Shown here: positions 18,287 to 26,842 of the stretch, piece after piece
How positions within the stretch are numbered: the first letter of the stretch is position 1
Layout of the letters: each line of letters begins with the position of its first letter
Source: Hormoscilla sp.
Lineage (GTDB): Bacteria > Cyanobacteriota > Cyanobacteriia > Cyanobacteriales > Desertifilaceae
Length of the DNA stretch: 37,925 nt
Direction: 5' to 3'
Assembly: GCA_051439505.1 (NCBI GenBank)
Contig: JBFRWI010000019.1
Span: 1-37,925 of the forward strand
Notes under the pieces: generated by a model
Seen by the model: only the letters and a program-made list of their open reading frames with translations
What the model was told of the DNA's origin: nothing
Databases searched by the model: none
Translations under genes and position numbers: made by a program

Positions 18287-21200
18287 TTACTTTTGGCGCG
18301 GACATCTGACGGGATGTGGGAAGGGCCGATCGCTAGTATAGGGAGTAGGATAGGCGGTCAGTTCCACTACGCCGTCTTCGTGGACTATCCAACCTCGGGC
18401 GAGTACGATGTCTTCTGAAGAGATGGGTTCTGCGTCCTCTACTAATGTCACGATCGGGGGTCGGGTTTCTGTTTGGGATGCTAGTTTTCCTCCCACTCCC
18501 ATGGTATCGCTGGTCAGAGGATCTTGAGGTCCCCGAGGCACACCTCCCCGACCGACGACCGTGAAGGAACTCTCCTCTCCATCTGGGTTCCTCTGACATG
18601 CTTGGGCGATCGCTTCTTCGGCGTCCACGGGGTTATCTGATGGTTCGACTCTTCCCTGTAGCGCTTCGACATCGGGAATGTTGAATATTACTTCCCCCTC
18701 ACGCCCAAATGTGGAACTGACTGTGATGTCATTTCCCCCAGTTGGTTCGTCCCGTTCTGCTATTCCTAAGATCGCTTCTGCGGTAATCTCTATCTTACCT
18801 CCATCTCCTGCATCCGCATTGGCTGTGATATCATTATCTCCTGGATAGGCGATTAAAAAGTTGGTCTTAATATCGATATTGCCCCCTGTGGCATCCTCTC
18901 GGGCGTCGGTAATTATGCGACTGCCATTGCGCAGTTCGATATTGCCGGAAGTTTTGAGGTCGATGTTGCCTTGTTCTGCGGCGGTTTCCGCTCGCAAAGT
19001 GCCACCTAGAAAGCGCATTTCCCGGGCGCGTACTGTTATGTTACCTGCGGCCCCTGTGTCTGTACTGCTGACGGTTACCGTTGAATTTTTTATTATCACT
19101 GAGTTGCCAGCCTTTACGATGACATTTCCTCCAATGCCTGTCCTTGTGGAAGCGGATATTTCTGAGCCGTTTTGCAACCGCGTCGAGTCTCGACTGTTTA
19201 CTCGGATGTTGGCGGTGTTCCCCCGATCGCCCGCTACTGCTTCTGCGGTAATGCGGCCATCATTCAGCAGCACTGACCCGGCCTGGATATTAATGTTACC
19301 AGGATTTCCCGAACCCGGCGGACGGAGGTCCTGACTTTGGAAATTACTGACGCCGATGCTAGCACCATCTTGGATAATTAACTCTGGGGTCGCAATCTCT
19401 AAGTTACCACCATCTCCCGTCCCCTCGATCGCATTACTAAATATGCCCGTGCTACCTTCTGCTGATTCCCCTGTCAGTTCTATTAACTCCCTAGCGTTAA
19501 CGGTCAAGTTGCCAGCATTTCCCGGGCCAAATGTGCTGGCGGATATTTGCCCCCCAGTCCGGACCCGCAGTCGATCTGTTTCTATTATCAAGTTGTTGGC
19601 ATCTCCCCGACCAATAGCCCTGGCAGATACACTTGCTTCATCTTGAACCAACAGCTCGCCTGTGATAATCTGCAATAAACCGCCATTGCCTGTTGCTTGT
19701 GAATTGACTTGCGCAAATAATCCACTGTTGCTACTGCTGACTGTTACTGACTCTCGGGCATTAATAGTTAAGTTGCCTGCATCTCCTGCGCCAAAGGTGC
19801 TGGCGGATATACTTGCTCCATCCTGGACTATCAGTCTATTTGTGAATATTGTCAATTCTCCACCATTCCCGATCGCGGGTGCGAAGGTAACCTCACCTAC
19901 TGTTGTTTCTCCCAGCACCTGGGCAAATAAACCGCTGCCTTCACCGCTTAGTTTTACTGACTCGGCATTGCTAATAGTCAAGTTACCTGCATTCCCCTCG
20001 CCAAAGGTATTGGCAGTTATGACTGCATCATCACCCCTGAGTTCTACTAACTCGGCATTGCTAATGGTCAAGTTACCCGCATTTCCTTTTCCGAAGGTAT
20101 TGGTGGATATTATTGCTCCATCTTCGACGATCAACTGAGCTGTGGATATTTGCAAATTGCCTCCTGTTCCCGTCCCGATCGTGATCGCCCCATCTGGTGT
20201 AATCCCAAAACTCACGTCGGTGAATAAACCACTGCCAAGACCGCTAATTTCTACTGATTCTGTGGCGCTAATGTTCAGACTGCCTGCATTTCCCTCTCCA
20301 AAAGTCCTGGCGGATACATTTGCTCCATCTGCGACTAATAGTTTACCTGTCGAAAGGGTCAAATCCCCTCCCGATCCTGTCGCTGGCACGATCGCCCCAT
20401 CTACTGTAGTCCCAAAAACCACGTCTGCAAATAAACCACTGCCATTCCCCCTGACTTCTACTGACTCTGTGGCGCTAATGTTCAAGTTTCCTGCATCTCC
20501 TATACCAAAGGTTGAAGCACTTACTTGCGATCCATCTGCCACTAACAAGCGATCCGTTTCTATTCTCAACTCGTTGCCATTACCTGTGCTTCCTGGTTGC
20601 ACATCTGCAAATATACCACTACCACTTGTCAGCTCTAAACTATCTACATTAATGGTCACATTCCCGGCATTCCCTTGCCCCAAATTGCTGTTATCCAGTT
20701 CTGCGCCGTTGCTCAGAGATAGCGATCGCCCCTCAATTTCTATATTTCCTGCATTCCCGATCGCCTGTACTCCTACTTGGTTCGCCACTGCTGACCCATC
20801 TATGGCGATCGCCCCTGTAGCATCGATCGTAATATTTCCTGCCCCTGCATCTACAGTTCCCAAACCCGGTCGGATCCCCGATCGCAGCAGAGTTCCTCGC
20901 AAAATATTTACATCATTAGCATGGACTGCGATCGTTCCGCCGCCATCTCTTCTGACATTTACTATCGCAAAATTAGCGAACTCTACATTTCCTCGCGCCA
21001 CCCCTTCTGGGAAACTCAAACTGCCATCATTGTTTAGCCCTACCGTCCCTGCTGCGGTCAAACCTCCCAGATCTACTCGTCCTCCTGGGGCTCTAATTAT
21101 TCCCCCATTCACCCTCACATTTCCACCCACCAGTCCTAAACTTTGTCCCGGTTTCACTCTCAGGCCAATGGGGAGTTCCATACGGTTATTCAACCTTACT

Positions 21201-21751
21201 GGTTCCGCTGATCGATTGACAATGTTACCCTCATTTCCCCTAAACCATAACCCGATCGGGGCATTAATTGTCAACAGGGGTTCCGGTTGGTTTATGGCCC
21301 TAAACTCCTGGCCATTGGGGAACAGCAGACCGCTGGCCGTACTTCCCAGAAAGGAACCGCCGATATTCAGACTGGCATTGGGACCGAACACTATTCCCGC
21401 CGGGTTTAACAGGAACAGATTTGCACTGCCATTAGCACGAATCAACCCATCTATATTAGATATATTTCCCCCCGTCACCCGACTGAAGATATTCTCCACA
21501 TCCAGGCCATTATTGAAATATGCCCGTCCCCCTGTCGGCACTGAAAACTCTTGGAAACTGTGAAACAGATTACTTCCCGCACTCTGGCCGCCCTCGATCG
21601 TAAAATTGTTTCCGTCCCCCATCACCTCTGTTGGCAGACTACCGTCCGGGGCTATTTGCGCCCTTGCCACTGGCACTAGCAGATTTCCCCACACCACCGC
21701 TGGCATTAGGGCGATCGGCCACAGCTTCAATCTTGTTTTTTTCCTTTCCAT
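18287..21751 (-). CDS. Filamentous haemagglutinin N-terminal domain (two-partner-secretion-type) exoprotein
   Basis: Signal peptide ending ARAQI; NLFHSF.EFS, NIFSRVTGG, NLFLLNPAGI.FG; many G(N/D)AG(N/S)L.I beta-helix repeats; C-terminal 'GRGG.P..P' and 'ARGW' motifs. Likely start is ATG 21751. Confidence 0.92.
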   Translation of the reverse strand: MERKKTRLKLWPIALMPAVVWGNLLVPVARAQIAPDGSLPTEVMGDGNNFTIEGGQSAGSNLFHSFQEFSVPTGGRAYFNNGLDVENIFSRVTGGNISNIDGLIRANGSANLFLLNPAGIVFGPNASLNIGGSFLGSTASGLLFPNGQEFRAINQPEPLLTINAPIGLWFRGNEGNIVNRSAEPVRLNNRMELPIGLRVKPGQSLGLVGGNVRVNGGIIRAPGGRVDLGGLTAAGTVGLNNDGSLSFPEGVARGNVEFANFAIVNVRRDGGGTIAVHANDVNILRGTLLRSGIRPGLGTVDAGAGNITIDATGAIAIDGSAVANQVGVQAIGNAGNIEIEGRSLSLSNGAELDNSNLGQGNAGNVTINVDSLELTSGSGIFADVQPGSTGNGNELRIETDRLLVADGSQVSASTFGIGDAGNLNISATESVEVRGNGSGLFADVVFGTTVDGAIVPATGSGGDLTLSTGKLLVADGANVSARTFGEGNAGSLNISATESVEISGLGSGLFTDVSFGITPDGAITIGTGTGGNLQISTAQLIVEDGAIISTNTFGKGNAGNLTISNAELVELRGDDAVITANTFGEGNAGNLTISNAESVKLSGEGSGLFAQVLGETTVGEVTFAPAIGNGGELTIFTNRLIVQDGASISASTFGAGDAGNLTINARESVTVSSSNSGLFAQVNSQATGNGGLLQIITGELLVQDEASVSARAIGRGDANNLIIETDRLRVRTGGQISASTFGPGNAGNLTVNARELIELTGESAEGSTGIFSNAIEGTGDGGNLEIATPELIIQDGASIGVSNFQSQDLRPPGSGNPGNINIQAGSVLLNDGRITAEAVAGDRGNTANIRVNSRDSTRLQNGSEISASTRTGIGGNVIVKAGNSVIIKNSTVTVSSTDTGAAGNITVRAREMRFLGGTLRAETAAEQGNIDLKTSGNIELRNGSRIITDAREDATGGNIDIKTNFLIAYPGDNDITANADAGDGGKIEITAEAILGIAERDEPTGGNDITVSSTFGREGEVIFNIPDVEALQGRVEPSDNPVDAEEAIAQACQRNPDGEESSFTVVGRGGVPRGPQDPLTSDTMGVGGKLASQTETRPPIVTLVEDAEPISSEDIVLARGWIVHEDGVVELTAYPTPYTSDRPFPHPVRCPRQK

Positions 21752-22061
21752 CTCTTGACTTTTTAAATCTCTTGTGATACAAATCCCTAACTCCGGACAG
21801 GCGAGACAAGTCCTACGACCATTTCCGGCAGGGAACCCAATCTCCCGCCTCCTGGCGATCGCCGGTATGGATGGGGGAGCATTCCCTAGATATCCTAGCA
21901 CCTTTGGGTATCTTTTGGGAAATATTTTTTCCTCTGGTGTTCCCTTACCCCATTAGCGTTGGGTAACCACCGGCGATATTCTGATGAAAATATTTTTGGC
22001 ATCAGGGTCTTGTAGATCGCAACTTGAGTTACTATTATAGTAGTTTATCCCTCGATCGACC

Positions 22062-22331
22062 ATGAACATCACTCTCAAACCACAACAGGAACGGCTCCTT
22101 CAAGAAAAACTCGATAGCGGCAAATATGGTACTATCGATGAAGTCATAGCAGAAGCGTTTCGACTGTTGGAAGAACGGGACAAATATTATCAAAAATGGT
22201 TAGATGAAACCCGGGAAAAAGTGGCGATCGGTATAGACCAAGCAAACCGGGGGCAGCTAACTGATGGCCAAACGGCGATCGCTCTTCTGCGAGAAAAACT
22301 CAGTCAAGCAAGGGAGTCTCAGAAAGGATGA
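22062..22331 (+). CDS. parD: ParD-like ribbon-helix-helix antitoxin
   Basis: MNITL...E......SGKY....EVI.EA.RLL...GIDQA.RG pattern; ATGA overlap with a ParE-like ORF. Confidence 0.85.
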   Translation: MNITLKPQQERLLQEKLDSGKYGTIDEVIAEAFRLLEERDKYYQKWLDETREKVAIGIDQANRGQLTDGQTAIALLREKLSQARESQKG

Positions 22332-22480
22332 GGAGTTATAAGTTAACAGACGAAGCTTTACAGGACTTGGATGATATTTTTAAGTATTTGTCCAGTTACA
22401 GTCTCGATGCTGCCGATCGCTTTTTGGATGCCTTAGAAAAAAAGTCCGAAAATTTAGTCGCGTTTCCCCAGATGGGCTAA
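22328..22480 (+). pseudogene. parE: Truncated ParE/RelE family toxin
   Basis: Manual translation MRSYKLTDEALQDLDDIFKYLSSYSLDAADRFLDALEKKSENLVAFPQMG* (50 aa). It stops at the conserved 'P.MG', and no C-terminal half is visible downstream. Confidence 0.8.
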
Positions 22481-22519
22481 ATACGATGCAGTAAGCGATC
22501 GGGTGGGCAGTCCCCACCC

Positions 22520-22754
22520 CAATACTTCAAGGGATACAACATGTCATTGCGAGGGGGGCTGGGAAACTAACAGCTGTGTTGACCCCTGAAGCAATCCCCC
22601 GAAGCAATCTCACCGACGACGCGCCATGTGATCTTCATCTTATACAGGGCGAGGGGATTGCTTCGGGGGGGGGGTTAACTCAATTTCCCATAAGTTAATC
22701 CCTGCGTACCCCCCCTCGCAATGACAACCTATATGCAAAACCTACGAAGTATTG
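22520..22754. mobile_element. MITE family A, second full-length copy (inverted relative to 249-462)
   Basis: TIR CAATACTTC / GAAGTATTG; perfect 10-bp target duplication GTCCCCACCC (22510-22519, 22755-22764). Confidence 0.9.
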
Positions 22755-22777
22755 GTCCCCACCCGACTTAACATATC

Positions 22778-23731
22778 CTATTGAGAAGATTTTGGAAAAC
22801 GTGCCAACAGTTCTTCACGAGACAACTGAGGTAATTCCATAATCAAGCGACTCGAATCTTCTAGTGACCAAACCGACATTTGCTCAAGGACAGATGCCAG
22901 TTCTGCATCTAAGTCACCAAAGCGAACTTGCAGCAAATTTTGGAACATAGCGCGACGTAAGCGCTGTTCGCCTTGTACAATGCCTTCCAGAATGCCCCGC
23001 TGTTCGCCTTCTTGAAATGTCTTTTCTAGTTTAGTCTTCCACAGTGGTTCTAATTGCATAACTAACTGATTCCCTCCTGCATCTAAGTCTTTACGTTCTG
23101 ACAAATGCTCATGAAAGTTTAACAACAATTCCAGGGTCATCTCCCGGAGAGGGTGCTCTGGTGGCAGGGCATTCAATTGCTCGATCGCCTGACTTTGGAT
23201 TTTACCCTTACCCAGGAGCCTCAACCAGAGAGTTTCCGGGGTATTTGGCAACTTGTGAATCACCACGATCGCCGTCCTAAACACTTTCCCCAGGAAATAT
23301 ACTCCATCCATCCAACTTTCATCTATTGTAGCCTTAAATTCCGACAACAGTCTTTTCGATGCTGTCGGCGTCAGCACCCATAATCTGGGTAATTCTTCCC
23401 GTTTCACCCGACGGCCAGAGCGGCCAGAGCCCGAGCGAGAAGCTTCTCTCTTTTCCTGACTGCATACATCTCGCAATTTTACCATACAATCACAGATTTC
23501 ATCGACAGTGGCCGCACTGTGAAATGGTTCAAAAATGGCCCGAGTGGCCGCCATCCTTCCCAGCAATCCCAAGGTGGAGCGATGTTTTGATTTCTCCGGG
23601 TTAGGAACGAACCAAACATCTATTTGCCTCACCTCTGAGGTCACCCTCTTATCTATCTGGACCTCCCCGTATTGGTTCAGGAACCCGTCCAGGCAATCCT
23701 TAAAAAATTGATCGTACAGAAATCTGGTCAT
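22778..23731 (-). CDS. Cyanobacterial Rpn-like / DUF4351-type hypothetical protein (probable PD-(D/E)XK fold)
   Basis: MTRF.YDQF.KD, 'QIDVWF.P', 'IFEPF', 'LP.LWVLTP', 'ETLWLRLLG', and a C-terminal 'EGEQRG..EG..QG' followed by 'LLQVRFG'. Confidence 0.7.
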   Translation of the reverse strand: MTRFLYDQFFKDCLDGFLNQYGEVQIDKRVTSEVRQIDVWFVPNPEKSKHRSTLGLLGRMAATRAIFEPFHSAATVDEICDCMVKLRDVCSQEKREASRSGSGRSGRRVKREELPRLWVLTPTASKRLLSEFKATIDESWMDGVYFLGKVFRTAIVVIHKLPNTPETLWLRLLGKGKIQSQAIEQLNALPPEHPLREMTLELLLNFHEHLSERKDLDAGGNQLVMQLEPLWKTKLEKTFQEGEQRGILEGIVQGEQRLRRAMFQNLLQVRFGDLDAELASVLEQMSVWSLEDSSRLIMELPQLSREELLARFPKSSQ

Positions 23732-23879
23732 CTTCCTCCATTGCTTGTGAAATTAAATATGACTGGCGATCGCTCCTCCATACATCTTTGTTTTCTTCTC
23801 CTATATTAACAGATAATGACCATTATTTCAAGATATTTTCTAATGGATTTGCTTTTGGGCCAATCCAATTTAGATTTTG

Positions 23880-24200
23880 TGGGCGATCGCATTTTATCTA
23901 TGGTCTTGGCACATGGGGCCGCGATCGCATGTTGTCTGCGTACATGGCATTGGGCGATCGCATGGGGCCGGGGCACGGCGGTAATCACATTTTCATCTTC
24001 CCCGATAACTTGCTGATGCCGTGCCCCTACATAATTTTGGCGATCGCATCCTGTCGGGCAATAAATACATAACATAAATTATCAAATATCACGACCTGAC
24101 CAGTATCGTAGGGGCACGGCATCCATAAGGTTCCGATAGAAACAAAAAGGTATCTATTATCTATTGCCGTGCCCCGGCACCATAAGCCGCGATCGCATTT
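23880..24200. repeat. Family C composite repeat (HIP1-rich REP doublet), copy 1
   Basis: GGGCACGGCG...ATGCCGTGCCCCTAC (about 23970-24030) and GTAGGGGCACGGCATC...TGCCGTGCCCC (about 24108-24175), with several GCGATCGC sites. Confidence 0.85.
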
Positions 24201-24391
24201 CCTCTGGGTACCTGTGCCAAAAAACTCGTATAAACCTGGATTATTGTCCTCTTCCAGGGCGATCGCATCTGGTTGTGTAAGGGTATTAAAATAAAAAATG
24301 ATGTGATTATTGTTTATTTATTATGTGAAAAAACCTTGTCAAATCCGCTAATAATAAGTTATCCTAAAAGAGTAATTAATGACGAACAAAG

Positions 24392-25264
24392 ATGAAAAGT
24401 GATAAATTGTTTTATGAAGTATTCCTGAAGTTACCCGATATTTTCTTTGAATTGATTGGAGAAGGAAATATGGATCCTAGGGCCTACGAGTTTAAGGCGA
24501 TCGAACTCAAAGAGACAGCCTTGAGGTTGGATGGGGTAATGTTTCCGACAGACAAAGATACCAAGCAGCCGATCTACTTCATCGAGGTGCAAAACTACAA
24601 AAATCCCAACACCTACTCGAATCTTTTAACGAAAGTAGGCATGTACCTGAATCAAAATGACCCAAACCAGAATTGGCGTGGGATCGTGGTATTTGAACGG
24701 CGGAGTTTCGAGCCGGAGGATACAACCCCATATCAAGAACTGCTAGATTCTGGCAAATTCCTGCCGATATACCTAGATGAAATCGACTCCGCAGGGGAAG
24801 TTCCCTTGGGTATTGCCCTCATCAAACTGATTGTCGAGAAGGAGAAACAGGCCCCCGATCGGGCCAAGCAGCTAATCTCCCGAGCGCGGTCAGAATTGGA
24901 TGATGCGCTACAGACCCAAAAGATGTTAGACTTGATTCTAACCATCATCAGTTACAAATTTACAAATAGTAGCCGAGAGGAGTTGGAAGCCATGTTAGGA
25001 CTAGAGGACGCCAAACAGACAAGGTGGGGACAAGAACTGTTGGCAGAAGGTCGCCAAGAAGCTCGCCAAGAAGCTCGCCAAGAAGCTCGCCAAGCAATTC
25101 GCCTGATTTGCTCCGAATTTGATAGCTTAGAAGGAAAATTAGAATTGGTGCCAGTGCTGTTACAGCTCGGTTTTACTGTCGAGGAGGTGGCAGATCTTTT
25201 GAAAGTCGAGATCTCACAGGTGCGACAGCTAGCTGAACCAGAAACACCAGAACAGTCTAGTTAA
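24392..25264 (+). CDS. Rpn family recombination-promoting nuclease/putative transposase (DUF2887-like)
   Basis: MKSDKLFY..F...P..FFEL, 'E.KE...RLDG', 'PIYFIEVQ', 'IISYKF...SREELEAML', and QEAR repeats (CGCCAAGAAGCT x3). Confidence 0.88.
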   Translation: MKSDKLFYEVFLKLPDIFFELIGEGNMDPRAYEFKAIELKETALRLDGVMFPTDKDTKQPIYFIEVQNYKNPNTYSNLLTKVGMYLNQNDPNQNWRGIVVFERRSFEPEDTTPYQELLDSGKFLPIYLDEIDSAGEVPLGIALIKLIVEKEKQAPDRAKQLISRARSELDDALQTQKMLDLILTIISYKFTNSSREELEAMLGLEDAKQTRWGQELLAEGRQEARQEARQEARQAIRLICSEFDSLEGKLELVPVLLQLGFTVEEVADLLKVEISQVRQLAEPETPEQSS

Positions 25265-25307
25265 ATTGCCCTAGCATCGGGCAACCATCGGAGACAAAAG
25301 CTGTTTG

Positions 25308-25340
25308 AGGGACGATCGCAAAGCCGATCGCCCTTTATTT
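25308..25340 (+). terminator. Putative intrinsic terminator
   Basis: AGGGACGATCGC-AAA-GCCGATCGCCCT hairpin followed by TTATTT, just downstream of rpn. Confidence 0.45.
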
Positions 25341-25359
25341 GTGTGGGGAGGACAATAGA

Positions 25360-25670
25360 ATCTTGGCGATCGCATGTTGTCCGGGTACATGACATTGGGC
25401 GATCGCATGTAACCGGTGTACGGCGGTATTCACATTATAATCCGAACCGAAACATCTTTGATGCCGTGCCCCTACATAATTTGGGCGATCGCCGATTTTC
25501 TGGACACAATATTGGGCGATCGCATTTGGTGTAGGGGCACGGCATCAATAACATTAGGCTCTCAACCCAAATATATCTCTTGCCGTGCCCCGGATCCACA
25601 AGCCGCGATCGCATCCCGACTGGACAAGGCAGATCCCACGTGGGATGTCCTAGGGAGATCGAGAGAATAG
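25360..25670. repeat. Family C composite repeat, copy 2
   Basis: REP doublet plus tail CACAAGCCGCGATCGCATCCCGAC.GGACAAGGCAGATC; direct homologue of 26470-26780. Confidence 0.88.
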
Positions 25671-25682
25671 CTGATCTGCTAT

Positions 25683-26153
25683 TTACGAATTGATTATATC
25701 GATAATTTCAGGTGGTGTGATGGGAGTGATATCTGCTATTCCTTGAAAATGAATGATGTTGTAAGTAGCAAAGTAATCAATATTTGATTCTAAAATCAAT
25801 GCCGCCAGACGAATATCGAAAATTTTGGCTGAGGTGACATTGTTACTAATAGCTAACTGCAATACTCTATCTGTAGTTAAGCTAACAGGATAAACAATTT
25901 CAAAAGTACCTCCTAAATAAGTATCTCTAATCAAATTATTGGTTTGCACGGGGGTTAAAGGTCTTCCTTTCATGGCGGTAGGATTAGTTAAAATCCTATA
26001 TAATTCAATGATGTTTTGTTCCGCCAACACTCCTTTAATCTTATTTTCAACTGCCATTTTCAGCAGTTCTGCCGAATCGATATGATAACTTGCAGAGCGA
26101 TCGTGGGCGTAAACTAAAACATTTGTGTCAAAGAATATTATGTTCTCGTTCAT
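25683..26153 (-). CDS. PIN-domain (VapC-like) toxin
   Basis: FFDTNVLVYA...IIELY..LT...IFD..LAA....ATYN; overlaps the upstream small ORF. Confidence 0.88.
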   Translation of the reverse strand: MNENIIFFDTNVLVYAHDRSASYHIDSAELLKMAVENKIKGVLAEQNIIELYRILTNPTAMKGRPLTPVQTNNLIRDTYLGGTFEIVYPVSLTTDRVLQLAISNNVTSAKIFDIRLAALILESNIDYFATYNIIHFQGIADITPITPPEIIDIINS

Positions 26154-26325
26154 AGATTTTTTCTCTACTAAGATATTCCTCTTTTACTTCCAATTCAAAG
26201 GTGGGGAAAGGATATTTTTTTTTGAGGATGGGAGTAATTGCAATCTCCACTTCATCACCTTCTTTGATATTTTCAGGCAATGCTTCTAACATGATAATTG
26301 TTTGTCCTTGTATGTAACCTTTCAT
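26128..26325 (-). CDS. Putative antitoxin
   Basis: 65-aa ORF (KG.I.G..I...E.LP....EGDEVEI) overlapping the PIN gene start and ending SREKIYE. Confidence 0.75.
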   Translation of the reverse strand: MKGYIQGQTIIMLEALPENIKEGDEVEIAITPILKKKYPFPTFELEVKEEYLSREKIYEREHNIL

Positions 26326-26469
26326 AATTCACCAGGAAGAATGGCTGAGTATGACACTTATATCTTAACACAGATTACACCATCGCCCTTGGTTTGGATG
26401 CGGTCCCTGAGGGGGGGCGGCGGCCCCTCAACGAAGCCGAAGGGCAGGGGGGCCGTTCCCCGGCATACC

Positions 26470-26780
26470 TGGGCGATCGCATCATATTATATGGGCGATC
26501 GCATGTGACAGGGCACGGCGGTATTCACATTATAATCTGAACCGAAACATCTTTGATGCCGTACACATAATTTTTGCTTACCCATTTCCTTGGGGGAGAC
26601 ATAACATTCGCGATCGCATTTCTGTAGGGGCACGGCATCCACAACATTAGGCTCTCAACCCAAATATATCTCTTGCCGTGCCCCGGCGACACAAGCCGCG
26701 ATCGCATGGGCACGCGATCGCATCCCGACAGGACAAGGCAGATCTCATGTGGTCTGTGGTAGGGCGATGAGCGAGAGATT
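26470..26780. repeat. Family C composite repeat, copy 3
   Basis: Shares CGGCGGTATTCACATTATAATC.GAACCGAAACATCTTTGATGCCGT and AACATTAGGCTCTCAACCCAAATATATCTCTTGCCGTGCCCCGG with copy 2. Confidence 0.88.
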
Positions 26781-26842
26781 GGCGTTGGGTTTCCTACCGT
26801 AAACCCAACCTACGGCATTAAATTTTCACCTAAATACTCTCG

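Noticed and set aside
18861..21563. Long + strand ORFs (up to 473 aa) opposite the haemagglutinin-like gene
   Set aside because: Antisense shadows of a repetitive Gly/Asn/Thr-rich gene, with no motifs of their own.
21760..22000. Hairpins upstream of the haemagglutinin-like gene as a possible riboswitch
   Set aside because: No conserved riboswitch motif recognised by eye; an Rfam/Infernal search would be needed.
23788..26713. Small ORFs containing LMPCPY, and a CRISPR-like repeat/spacer appearance
   Set aside because: The ORFs are translations of family C REPs. The repeats are inverted pairs with irregular spacing and related loops, and there are no cas genes.
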